Positions 7,347-15,396 of a DNA stretch of 34,689 nt are shown piece by piece (the first letter of the stretch is position 1; each line of letters opens with the position of its first letter). Below the pieces are notes generated by a model, which was not told the DNA's origin, made no database searches, and worked only from the letters and a program-made list of their open reading frames with translations. A program made the translations under genes and the position numbers. Source of the DNA: a virus (Duplodnaviria; Caudoviricetes); IMG/VR virus record IMGVR_UViG_3300024520_000266, positions 1-34,689 of that record; one strand, 5' to 3'.

Positions 7347-7854
7347 CGCGAAGGCGGCGGGCGTTCCGACTCGCAGCTTCAGATCGAACGAATCGAGCCC
7401 ATCTTGGGTCTTGTTCGAGGATGTCGAGTTCGTCGCGGATTCCGACGGTGCCGCTGACTTCGACTTGGGCTTGGACCGCAAGCTCTTGGCGTTCAATGTA
7501 GCCCCGATCCTTGGCTTGGCATTTGAGGTAAAAACAGACGGCCCACGCGTCGCCCTTGCCAATCGCTTTCATCAAAGAAGCCTCGGCGAAGTCCTTGGTC
7601 GCTTCGCGCTCGTCGTGCAACGCTTGGCGGATTTCTTCGTGGTCTTCCATTCGCTTATAGATCGCGCGGCCCGACATTCCCAACCGTCGAGCGGCGGTAC
7701 TGACGAGGCCCCGCGAATGTTGCAAGGCCGCGATGATCTCCGCGTTGGTCGCCTTCTGGCGGATGTGCGTGCCGTCGGCGTAATAGCCGGGCGTCTCGGC
7801 GGGCTGGGTCCGCTTCGGTGGCGGCTTGGTCTTGGCTCTCTTTCGCTTCGCCAT
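7324..7854 (-). CDS. terS: terminase small subunit (HTH)
   Basis: IIAALQHSRGLVSTAARRLGMSGRAIY HTH; AEASLMKAI...AVCFYLK...DRGY motif; directly upstream of terL. Confidence 0.8.
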   Translation of the reverse strand: MAKRKRAKTKPPPKRTQPAETPGYYADGTHIRQKATNAEIIAALQHSRGLVSTAARRLGMSGRAIYKRMEDHEEIRQALHDEREATKDFAEASLMKAIGKGDAWAVCFYLKCQAKDRGYIERQELAVQAQVEVSGTVGIRDELDILEQDPRWARFVRSEAASRNARRLRDGGVDPD

Positions 7855-7860
7855 TCGAGT

Positions 7861-8901
7861 TCATGCCCCAATCTTCGACAAGATGTTATCGCGAACGGCT
7901 TCGGCAATCGCTCGCATCATCAGCGGCGGCACGCTGTTCCCGAGTCGTTCCCATTGCTGGCCGTACTTGCCCGTCAGGACGAAATCGGCAGGAAATGAAC
8001 AGATCGCCTTGAGCTCATTAATTGTAAATCGCCTCGGATCGTCAGGATGCGTTAATCCCGTTCCACTCGGGCCAATGATTGTCGGTGCGGGCTGTCCCCA
8101 GTCGCACCGGGCAAGTGAAAAATATGTTTTGCTTGTCTTGCCTCTTGGCGTATTTTTCCATGCTTCCAATACTTTCGGTCCGAGATTGACACCACCTGAC
8201 ACTACAGATTCAACATGCCTAACAGAATCGCCAAGACTGTAGCAATAGTTCAGCGGCTTTGGAAAACTCGGACTAAACGGAAGGTCGTTTCGGACTCCCT
8301 GAAATATCACGCGCTTGCGGACTTGCGGCACGCCGAGCCATTGGGCGTCAAGCAACTGGCACTCGACCCGATAGCCGCACTTTTTCAGTCGGTCAAGGAT
8401 CTCAAGAAAGAAACCCTTGGCGGTCCCCTTGACTAACCCGCTCACATTTTCAGCGATGAATACCTTGGGTTGCAGTCCATCAAGAAGTCGAATGTAATCG
8501 AAAAACAACTCTTCGTTACACTGGCTCGCCCCGTGTTCGTATTTCTTTTTCTGACCCCAACCTTTGTCACGCTTACCAGCCGTCGAGAATGCTTGGCATG
8601 GCGGAGAACCATCGAACAGATCCAAGCCGCCGCGGTCAAGCTCGCATCGCTCGAGAATTTCCGCTGGTTCGATGTTCCGAATGTCTCGCTTGTCCAGATA
8701 CGAACATTCCGTCGTGTTCGCTTCATATGACTCCTGCGCCGCCGGAACGAACTCATTAGCCCAGACCACTCGAAACCCGGCCATTCGATAGCCCGTACAC
8801 GAACCGCCAGCGCCGCTAAACGTCGAAGCGACCCGAAACCCATTCCACGGAATACCTCGAATTTCGGCCATTGTGGGCACTTTGTAAGGCGGCTTGCTCA
8901 T
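7861..8901 (-). CDS. DNA (cytosine-5)-methyltransferase
   Basis: Motifs I FSGAGG, IV GSPPCQAFS, VI ENV, VIII QVRKRVIF, IX RRFTINEL and X LGNSV. Start MSKPPY overlaps the upstream stop (ATGA). Confidence 0.93.
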   Translation of the reverse strand: MSKPPYKVPTMAEIRGIPWNGFRVASTFSGAGGSCTGYRMAGFRVVWANEFVPAAQESYEANTTECSYLDKRDIRNIEPAEILERCELDRGGLDLFDGSPPCQAFSTAGKRDKGWGQKKKYEHGASQCNEELFFDYIRLLDGLQPKVFIAENVSGLVKGTAKGFFLEILDRLKKCGYRVECQLLDAQWLGVPQVRKRVIFQGVRNDLPFSPSFPKPLNYCYSLGDSVRHVESVVSGGVNLGPKVLEAWKNTPRGKTSKTYFSLARCDWGQPAPTIIGPSGTGLTHPDDPRRFTINELKAICSFPADFVLTGKYGQQWERLGNSVPPLMMRAIAEAVRDNILSKIGA

Positions 8902-9473
8902 GCTCCCCCGCTCCACTTATATCCGCACTTTGGGCATTCGTGTTCCGTGACAATGTCTTTATCGAAAGACGGGAACCCGTCTGGCGGTTCTGCCTCTGGG
9001 AACATCGCGTCTTCGGCTTGCTTCGACAGGTCCGCCAGAAGGTCATCGAGGCCCGGAAGCTCGCCGATGTCCTCGAGCAACGAATCGAGTCGTTCGCCTT
9101 GAACACCAGCCATTGCCGAAATCGGGTCATGGGTCGCGATGGCGACGTCCGATTCTTCGGGCGTGAAGTCGGTCACGTTGACCTCGACCTCGGCGTCCGG
9201 CCCGTACTCGGCGAGCAGCTTCGACCGTAGTTCGCCGTCGATCAGCATCACCTTGCCAGGGTGCTCTGGGTGCTCGAAGACGTCGGGGTAACCATAGAAT
9301 CCGATCTTGTCCACGACGGCTTGAAGCGTGCCTTGCTGGACCTCGTCGTGCGTTCGGAAGTTCTTTGGATTCGCGACGATGTCAGACACGCGAACCGTTC
9401 TGATTTCTTGGTTGCGACTCGCTGGGCCTGGGCTCGGCTTCGGTTTCTTCGTCGCTCGTTTTCGCTTCGCCAT
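8898..9473 (-). CDS. ParB/Srx-like N-terminal domain protein with C-terminal Zn knuckle
   Basis: VSDIVANPKNFRTH, LIDGELR, and CPKCG at the end. Start is 9473 or 9524. Confidence 0.75.
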   Translation of the reverse strand: MAKRKRATKKPKPSPGPASRNQEIRTVRVSDIVANPKNFRTHDEVQQGTLQAVVDKIGFYGYPDVFEHPEHPGKVMLIDGELRSKLLAEYGPDAEVEVNVTDFTPEESDVAIATHDPISAMAGVQGERLDSLLEDIGELPGLDDLLADLSKQAEDAMFPEAEPPDGFPSFDKDIVTEHECPKCGYKWSGGA

Positions 9474-9566
9474 TGGTCGGTGGCTTTCCTTTTCGGGCTC
9501 GTCGAACTTTGGGCGTCCGCCCATTCTGTCTGTTTCTGGCCCTCGTTCGTTTCTCCGGTCGGAGGT

Positions 9567-9929
9567 CTATGGAACGGGGAACGGATCGGCGGGGATGGTT
9601 CCGCCCTGTTTCGCAGCGGTCCACCCATTTTCCGCCGCCTGCCTTAGGGCATCCCGGCGTCGATACAAGTAGCTCGCTAAATCATCAGACGTCCCTGCGT
9701 CTTCGTTGATGGCCGCAATTGTGCGAATTGCATCAGCTACGTCACGACCGGAAACTTGGACCGAATTAGCTTTCCCCAGCGATTGCACGACGCTGCGCCA
9801 GTGTTGTCTGGCGTCGCACCCGAAATGATCGGCAGCCTCACCTTCATTAGCGGCCCGAGCCAGTTCGTCAACGACCTCAAGCACGGGCACAAATAGCTCA
9901 TAGATGAGCCAAGAATGGGCGTTTGTCAT
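9567..9929 (-). CDS. hypothetical protein, first gene after the late-type promoter
   Basis: GAGGA RBS before ATG 9929 (MTNAHSWL). Confidence 0.65.
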   Translation of the reverse strand: MTNAHSWLIYELFVPVLEVVDELARAANEGEAADHFGCDARQHWRSVVQSLGKANSVQVSGRDVADAIRTIAAINEDAGTSDDLASYLYRRRDALRQAAENGWTAAKQGGTIPADPFPVP

Positions 9930-10027
9930 GTCAGTCCTCACATTTCGGTGGTCGGTTCGTTTCTTTCGCGCGCGTTGTTAGTAGCGCTGTAGCTTCTTGG
10001 TTCCGGTGCCCCCCCGTCCACCCGACG

Positions 10028-10057
10028 AGGGTAGTTTAGCGATGGGGTTCTTGTCAA
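10028..10057 (-). promoter_or_regulatory. putative late promoter TTGACA-N18-TACCCT
   Basis: Minus strand TTGACA agaaccccatcgctaaac TACCCT, in the intergenic region before the packaging operon. Confidence 0.6.
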
Positions 10058-10068
10058 ACCCGCACGCG

Positions 10069-10120
10069 TTTCGAGTAATTACCGAAACTCGAAATCAAAA
10101 CTCGAAATCAAAACCCGAAA
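10069..10120. repeat. 13-bp-period repeats of ACTCGAAA plus one inverted copy
   Basis: ACTCGAAA at 10087 and 10100, ACCCGAAA at 10113, inverted TTTCGAGT at 10069. Confidence 0.75.
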
Positions 10121-10189
10121 CGGCTAGAGGACACAAATACCATATGTGGCGCAACTAAGTCCATTCTTGGCCCTTGATCAGCCAGCGCA

Positions 10190-10234
10190 ACGAAGAAAGC
10201 CCGCAAGACGGGTTGGGGGCGTCTGGCGGGCTTT
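10190..10234 (-). terminator. probable intrinsic terminator (second of a pair)
   Basis: AAAGCCCGC/GCGGGCTTT stem plus AGACG/CGTCT; minus-strand tail CTTTCTTCGTT. Confidence 0.6.
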
Positions 10235-10277
10235 GGTGACTCGGCGGCAATCACTCCGTCGAGGCGTTGGATTGTAC

Positions 10278-10325
10278 AAAAAAAGAGCCCGCGAACCAAA
10301 CCAGTGGGATAGCCGGTTCGCGGGC
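10278..10325 (-). terminator. intrinsic terminator ending the early/replication operon
   Basis: 11-bp stem GCCCGCGAACC/GGTTCGCGGGC followed on the minus strand by TCTTTTTTT, about 40 bp after rusA. Confidence 0.8.
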
Positions 10326-10364
10326 GTGTCCCCTTCCACAGGGAGTGCCAAGCAGGCCGACCGA

Positions 10365-10898
10365 TTAGAACGGCAAGGCAGCCTCGACGTCAAGGACTTC
10401 GGCTGCTGGCGGGATCGGGTTGAACGGTCTGAGGTCGATTATGGCGTGGGGTTTTTCTGGGACCGCGACGCCTTTGATGAGTCCGCCGCCAGCCATCCAG
10501 CGGGTGACTTCGAGCTTGGCGACTTGGCGGTCGTCGTTGTACGCCGTGCCGTTTAGGGCGTCGAGGACCGCTTTGGCGAGGTTGTCAGCGTCGCCCGTGT
10601 TCCGGGTGTCGGGGACTCGGGGCATGGGCTTGGTTTTCCAGACCAGATTGGCCGGGCGGGGCATGACGAACACGAGGTCGGCGCTTATTGGGCCTGTGAA
10701 TCGGAAGCCCTGAAACGGCATCGCGAGCCGCCACGCATCGACAATCTGAGCTTTCCACAGGTTAACCGGGTGCTTTTTCGGGGCGGCGTAGACTTGAGCG
10801 GTCGGGGCCTTGCCGGGGCTCTGGAACACTCTCGCCCGTGGTCGGGGCTGCGGGATCGGCTTAGCCATGACCTCGAACCGGACGGTGGTTTTGCTCAT
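10365..10898 (-). CDS. rusA: RusA-family Holliday junction resolvase
   Basis: KPIPQPRPR N-terminus and DADNLAKAVLDALNGTAYNDDRQV catalytic motif. Confidence 0.92.
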   Translation of the reverse strand: MSKTTVRFEVMAKPIPQPRPRARVFQSPGKAPTAQVYAAPKKHPVNLWKAQIVDAWRLAMPFQGFRFTGPISADLVFVMPRPANLVWKTKPMPRVPDTRNTGDADNLAKAVLDALNGTAYNDDRQVAKLEVTRWMAGGGLIKGVAVPEKPHAIIDLRPFNPIPPAAEVLDVEAALPF

Positions 10899-11218
10899 TG
10901 GTACGACTTTCGGTAAATCTTGGTTTCACGGGCGTGGCTGCCTTTGGATGTCATTTGTCGATAGCGGCCCGTGGGCTCAAGCTGACCTGCCCGAACAAGT
11001 CCCGCGATGAACCCGCCCCACGCGTTCGGGTGATGGGGTGTCACGCCCCGCTCGCGACACGCAAGGCGGATATCTTCGCCGGTTAGCTCCCCCGATAGAC
11101 CTCGGAACACGTCCATCGCGTCGGCCTTCCAGTCCTCGCCCGCGTTCTCGACGACGACTGAAAGGGCGGCGTCTCGGGCAGTTTCTTCGCGCTTCCGCTT
11201 CCAGTCAAATAGGTTCAT
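10895..11218 (-). CDS. hypothetical protein, possibly winged-helix
   Basis: Start MNLFDWK at 11218 overlaps the upstream stop; TGEDIRLAC...PHHPNAWG motif. Confidence 0.7.
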   Translation of the reverse strand: MNLFDWKRKREETARDAALSVVVENAGEDWKADAMDVFRGLSGELTGEDIRLACRERGVTPHHPNAWGGFIAGLVRAGQLEPTGRYRQMTSKGSHARETKIYRKSYQ

Positions 11219-11616
11219 TTGACGGCCCCCGCGACTAATGCCCGGACGCCCGCGCCTAGGATCATTGCAACGCCGACACAAACGGCGACAGACCCAGCAG
11301 CTAGGGTGCCCGCCAGAAGGCACGCGGCCCCGAACATGGCGACCACGACCCCGACTGACGCGATCACAACCGTGACACGTCGGTCCTTTCGTCGCTGTTG
11401 GTTCTCGCCGCTGTTGCGATATTGGACGCGGCGGTCAAGCCTTCGCCATACGTCGCCGCGAGGTCCGGGGTCTAGTTTGCGGCGATCCATGATCAGTTCG
11501 TCCTTCCTGGTTGGTTCGGGTTGCCGCTCGCTGAGTCGGCAGACGACGCACTCGCCGTCGTGAATGGTTGTATTTTCGGGCGGTTCGTTGCCGCAGGACC
11601 AGCATGTCGAGTTCAT
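11215..11616 (-). CDS. hypothetical protein with N-terminal CxxC...CxxC and C-terminal TM hairpin
   Basis: MNSTCWSC...CVVC followed by a long hydrophobic C-terminus; ATGA-coupled to rimI. Confidence 0.6.
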   Translation of the reverse strand: MNSTCWSCGNEPPENTTIHDGECVVCRLSERQPEPTRKDELIMDRRKLDPGPRGDVWRRLDRRVQYRNSGENQQRRKDRRVTVVIASVGVVVAMFGAACLLAGTLAAGSVAVCVGVAMILGAGVRALVAGAVK

Positions 11617-12059
11617 CGGGGGCGTAGCTCCATTTGATAGGCGTCGTCGATACACTCGGTATAATAATCTCGCAAGATTCCAGTCGCCCGGAAGCCTACC
11701 TTGCGGAAGAACAATTGCGCGTCGAGGTTGCTGTCACGCACCTCCACTACGGCCTTGTAGCGTCTTCGCGGGTTCAGCTTAGACTCAATCTTTTCGATCA
11801 ATGCGCGGCCCACCCCTTGGCCGTGGAACGCGGGCAAAACCGATAGGTTGAGGATATGCACCCTGTTTGCGTGCAATTCATAAATAACAACCCCGACAAC
11901 CCGCCCGGCATATTCCGCGACTAATCCGATTGAGTTTCGCTGCCGAAGGCATCGGATGAAGTCCTCCTCGGACCAGGGAAACTCGAAGTTTAAGGCGTCC
12001 ATTTCGACGACTTCTGGCATGTCTCGCCGAAGGCACCATCGGATGTAAAGATCATTCAT
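11613..12059 (-). CDS. rimI: RimI-like GNAT N-acetyltransferase
   Basis: FEFPWSEEDF, ILNLSVLPAFHGQGVG (acetyl-CoA motif), EVRDSNLDAQLFFRKVGF, RDYY...DAY. Confidence 0.9.
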   Translation of the reverse strand: MNDLYIRWCLRRDMPEVVEMDALNFEFPWSEEDFIRCLRQRNSIGLVAEYAGRVVGVVIYELHANRVHILNLSVLPAFHGQGVGRALIEKIESKLNPRRRYKAVVEVRDSNLDAQLFFRKVGFRATGILRDYYTECIDDAYQMELRPR

Positions 12060-12865
12060 GCCGTGCCCTCAAATAGATCAGATTGGACGGGCGGGTCGTG
12101 GTTCTCGAAAAACCGTTCGGCCCAACTAACAAGGTGCTCGCGGGCAAGGTCGCTGTGTTTGTGGCCCATGACAACGCAATGCCGGTCGGGATCGTAGATA
12201 GACTCGGCCCCGATCCAGCCAGCCCACGCCTTTGGCGGGTTGGCCTCGGACGTCCAGACCTTGGGCATTCCTGCGGTGCAATGGCAGGGCGCCAAGCACG
12301 TTCGCCGGTGCCCTTTCTCGTCCAGCAGTTCGGGGTCTTCGCGGTACGCCCGAAGTGTGTGGGACGACCAGACGGTGACGTAGCCCGAATCTCGGCAGTC
12401 CCGACAGCGGGCCCGGTACCCGCCCTCGTCGTCGGGGATAGCTTCGGCGGACGCTTGCGAGTTGCAACGTCCAGACGCGACAAGCCGTTGGACCCGCTCG
12501 ATTGCTTGGCGAAGGCTGACGGGTTCGGCTTGGCTCTTCCGGTGACCTCGGGGAAATATCGGGCGGGGCGGTCCCGCGTCGGTCTTCGGGGTGCGGGCCT
12601 CGATCATCCGAGCGGCGGCCCGTTTGACCGTGACGGCGGTTCGCTCTCGGTCGGCGTCCCAGTGCCCGACGGGTTCGAGGTCGCCGTGAGCCATCGCGTG
12701 CGAAACCTTGAGCGCCGCCCGGAACGGGGTCTTGGCGAGCACGTCCCGCCACAGGGCGAGTTGTGCGGCGGTCCCGTCCGGGCCGAGCCGTTCGAGCCAC
12801 TTGGCGACGCTGGGGAACTTGGCGGCGTAGTCTCGCCACCAATCGGAGAATTCGTTCGGGGTCAT
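12056..12865 (-). CDS. putative helicase-loader-like replication protein with Zn-binding motif
   Basis: Helical N-terminus (MTPNEFSDWW...FPSV) and CRDCRDSG...CHC; lies downstream of the initiator. Confidence 0.5.
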   Translation of the reverse strand: MTPNEFSDWWRDYAAKFPSVAKWLERLGPDGTAAQLALWRDVLAKTPFRAALKVSHAMAHGDLEPVGHWDADRERTAVTVKRAAARMIEARTPKTDAGPPRPIFPRGHRKSQAEPVSLRQAIERVQRLVASGRCNSQASAEAIPDDEGGYRARCRDCRDSGYVTVWSSHTLRAYREDPELLDEKGHRRTCLAPCHCTAGMPKVWTSEANPPKAWAGWIGAESIYDPDRHCVVMGHKHSDLAREHLVSWAERFFENHDPPVQSDLFEGTA

Positions 12866-13176
12866 GACGTCGCCCCTTCCCCGATGTCGCCATCGTCGAG
12901 CATGGGCGAATCGCCGATCTTGGTCGGCTCGTCGCGCAATTCGCGGCGAAGCTCGGCCAGTTCATCGGAGGCCAGACGACACAACACGTCAAGCCTCTCC
13001 CAGCTTGGTTCGTCGTTTTCGTTGAGGAAGCAATCAGCGAGAATCACCCGGCACGATTCTTCGTATTCGTCCCGCCGGCCTATGAACTCCTGCTCTGTCT
13101 TCAGCGCCTCAGCGAGTTCGCTGACCTTGTCGAATATCGCTTGCTTGTGGTCTTCGACCATTGATTTCAACAGCAT
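12862..13176 (-). CDS. hypothetical acidic helical protein
   Basis: GAGGGA RBS before ATG 13176 (MLLKSM); ATGA overlap with the next gene. Confidence 0.65.
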   Translation of the reverse strand: MLLKSMVEDHKQAIFDKVSELAEALKTEQEFIGRRDEYEESCRVILADCFLNENDEPSWERLDVLCRLASDELAELRRELRDEPTKIGDSPMLDDGDIGEGATS

Positions 13177-13199
13177 TGAATTATCCCTCGGTTTGTAGG

Positions 13200-13460
13200 C
13201 TAGTCGTCTTGGCATTGCGTGCGACCCTCCGCCGCGACCCGCTGGCACATTTCCAACAGGCCCTCGGTGCAAGGCCCGTCGGTGGTTCCGAAGTGCTCGG
13301 CAAGGACTTCGCGACTCGCTTGGGCAACCGCCAAGAGTTCGTTCGAGGACGACAGCAACGCGGCCTCGCGGTCAAGGGCTGCCCTGTACTTGGCCGCCAG
13401 TTCGTCAACCTTCGGGCCTAGTTCTTCAACCTGTTGTGCCAATTCGTTCAGTTCGTTCAT
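13200..13460 (-). CDS. hypothetical coiled-coil protein
   Basis: 86 aa, GGAG RBS, heptad pattern. Confidence 0.7.
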   Translation of the reverse strand: MNELNELAQQVEELGPKVDELAAKYRAALDREAALLSSSNELLAVAQASREVLAEHFGTTDGPCTEGLLEMCQRVAAEGRTQCQDD

Positions 13461-13465
13461 CGTGT

Positions 13466-14239
13466 CTACTCCGGTGGAAAGGGTGGTGAATCGTCAACGG
13501 GCGGGGGCATCGGGATTGAGAACTCTCGGCCGCCCCCATTGGCCGAGTCTTTCTGCGCCGTCGCCATCCAGTTGAACAAGAAGCGAGGCATTCCGCGTTT
13601 GGTTTTTCGGCGACTCGGCAGCCCGATCATCCACGCCGAAGCCATTAGCAATTGATGATCGACGTCGATGGACGGGAACGCCAGAACCAGCGACTGATGC
13701 TGGTCGTCGTTGACTCGCCATGTCGACCCGTCTTTGAGCGTGAATTCTGGACCGTGAAAGGGTCCGTTGTCTTTCGTCGGCTGCGAAGGCGTAGCCGACG
13801 CACTTTCTTTGGTACTTTCTTTTACTCTTCTCTTATCTACTCTTATCTTATCTGGTAACGCTTCCGTAACGGTCGGAGCGTTACGGTTTGCGTTACGGGT
13901 GCGTGACGCTTTGGTGCGCCTCGCGCCCTGTGCTCGGACCTTAGCTGTCGAGCCGTTATGTTCTTTGTAGTTCGGTAGATAGACGCTTTCGCCTTCAATG
14001 CGAATCCAGTCCGACGGCAGCGCCGAACAGAACCCCTCGACGCCCACTTCGTCGTCAACGTCATCGGGAGAGTACCCGGCGAGCTTGCCTGTTTCGTCGG
14101 CGTAATCGTCGGCCAGCGTCCAAAGCGTTACGAGTGCGCCGACAACCGTAACGCGCGTTGCGTTACATTTTCTCGCCGTTGAGCGCACACGACCGTCACG
14201 GATTATTGTCTTGCGAAACTTGATCCAACCGGCTGTCAT
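13466..14239 (-). CDS. replication initiator (replisome organiser)
   Basis: MTAGWIKF...VVGALVTLWTLAD N-terminus, basic linker, C-terminal FPSIDV...RRKTKRGMPRFLFNW domain; GAGG RBS before ATG 14239. Confidence 0.8.
   Translation of the reverse strand: MTAGWIKFRKTIIRDGRVRSTARKCNATRVTVVGALVTLWTLADDYADETGKLAGYSPDDVDDEVGVEGFCSALPSDWIRIEGESVYLPNYKEHNGSTAKVRAQGARRTKASRTRNANRNAPTVTEALPDKIRVDKRRVKESTKESASATPSQPTKDNGPFHGPEFTLKDGSTWRVNDDQHQSLVLAFPSIDVDHQLLMASAWMIGLPSRRKTKRGMPRFLFNWMATAQKDSANGGGREFSIPMPPPVDDSPPFPPE
13803..13907. promoter_or_regulatory. putative replication origin inside the initiator gene
   Basis: GTAACG/CGTTAC hexamers at 13855, 13866, 13879, 13891 and variant CGTGAC at 13902, next to an AT-rich strand-asymmetric tract (13803-13853), as in lambdoid O genes. 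Confidence 0.7.
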
Positions 14240-14251
14240 GATGACCTCAAC

Positions 14252-14346
14252 AAAAAACGGCGACGCGTGGTTGGGTGTGGCCTCTGGGAAGAAGCACCCG
14301 CGCACGCGCCGCCGTTTGTGTCCGTTCGGTGGGTTCCCAGAGGCCA
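14252..14346 (-). promoter_or_regulatory. terminator/attenuator-like leader RNA of the initiator gene
   Basis: Long stem 14255-14277/14295-14317 with a U6 tail; loop 14278-14290 is perfectly complementary to 14334-14346. Confidence 0.65.
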
Positions 14347-14366
14347 TCGAACACGCCAAATCTACA

Positions 14367-14963
14367 TTATCCGTCGTCAGAAGTCGAGTCGGAACTTGAG
14401 TCAATCCGCCGCATGTCGCCGGTTTCCAGGTTGACTTCAAGCGGGCCAGACGAACGGACGACCCCAAGGGCGGGAAATCGGACGTTGTCAAGTGCCCGCT
14501 TTTCATCGTAATGGAACGCACAGCACCTCTTGGGCGGGGCTCCCGGCAGCTCGATCAGGACGCTGGCCCGGTTCATGCAATGATCGCCGTGGCGAGTAAA
14601 GCCAATCCGGTCGTGCGTTTCGGGGTCGTCGACCTTGCAATCGCATCTCCCGTCTTGGGTCGGCGTCAAGACCGTTAGGCCCGACGAGGGCTCGGGCTTC
14701 GGGGCTTTCGGCGGTTTCTTCGTCGCCTTCGATTTCTTCTTTGCCATCGGTTTGCTTTCTAGTCTTCGGGGTTCGCCCGGCCAATTCGGACAATAGGATT
14801 CGGGTTCGACAAGCCATTCGCCCAATTCGACCAGACGGGCGCCGAGTTCTGCAAGCAGTTCTGGGCGAAGGTCTAGCGGGGCGACGGGCAGACACTCGGT
14901 GACGATAGCCCGACAAGCGACAAGCGTGTCATCGGGGTTGTAGGTCGGAGGTTGTCTGGTCAC
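14367..14963 (-). CDS. hypothetical protein with Lys/Pro-rich segment and Cys/His cluster
   Basis: 198-aa ORF filling the operon; possible internal start at 14747 (MAKKKSK). Confidence 0.55.
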   Translation of the reverse strand: MTRQPPTYNPDDTLVACRAIVTECLPVAPLDLRPELLAELGARLVELGEWLVEPESYCPNWPGEPRRLESKPMAKKKSKATKKPPKAPKPEPSSGLTVLTPTQDGRCDCKVDDPETHDRIGFTRHGDHCMNRASVLIELPGAPPKRCCAFHYDEKRALDNVRFPALGVVRSSGPLEVNLETGDMRRIDSSSDSTSDDG

Positions 14964-14967
14964 GAGC

Positions 14968-15396
14968 TTAGCCCCTTCCTGTCAGCGATTCGGCGACGGG
15001 CGGGTCCAGCCTCTTGCACTCGATGGACCAAAGCCAACCTTTTCGATTCGTCGACCGCTCGACGTCAACCGCTGTGATTTCTAGCGTGATCCTCGACGCC
15101 CATCGGGGCATGTGCTTCGGCTTCCGCCATCGTCCTAGTGACTTGTTGGCGAACGCCGTATCGTCGCAATTGGCGTATGTAATCCGCTCGCCTTGCGGAA
15201 TATCGCGTGGACTGACATTGTCGAACTCATTGTGGGTCGCCCACTTTTCGCGGACCCAACGCCGCTCCCCAGGGTGGAAGGGGCACTCGACGCCCGCCTT
15301 GATGCCCCGAAAGAGTTGGGCTCTTTGGTCGGCAAAAACTGCCCGGACTTCCCTATCTCGTAGCAGAATCTGCCGCTCTTTAGTTGTAATGGTCAT
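14968..15396 (-). CDS. ASCH-like phage protein
   Basis: CPF.PGERRWVREKW and HMPRWASRITLEITAVDVER, motifs of a widespread phage family. Confidence 0.7.
   Translation of the reverse strand: MTITTKERQILLRDREVRAVFADQRAQLFRGIKAGVECPFHPGERRWVREKWATHNEFDNVSPRDIPQGERITYANCDDTAFANKSLGRWRKPKHMPRWASRITLEITAVDVERSTNRKGWLWSIECKRLDPPVAESLTGRG

Noticed and set aside
7347-7562. N-terminal extension of terL given by the ORF track
   Set aside because: It lies wholly within terS and reads as low-complexity off-frame sequence. Similar over-extensions were trimmed for the genes now starting at 14239, 17564, 20615 and 32732.
14366-14404. Promoter made of TTGACT and GATAAT upstream of the initiator leader
   Set aside because: The spacing is 27 nt, and the hexamer at 17 nt (TTCCGA) is a poor -35.
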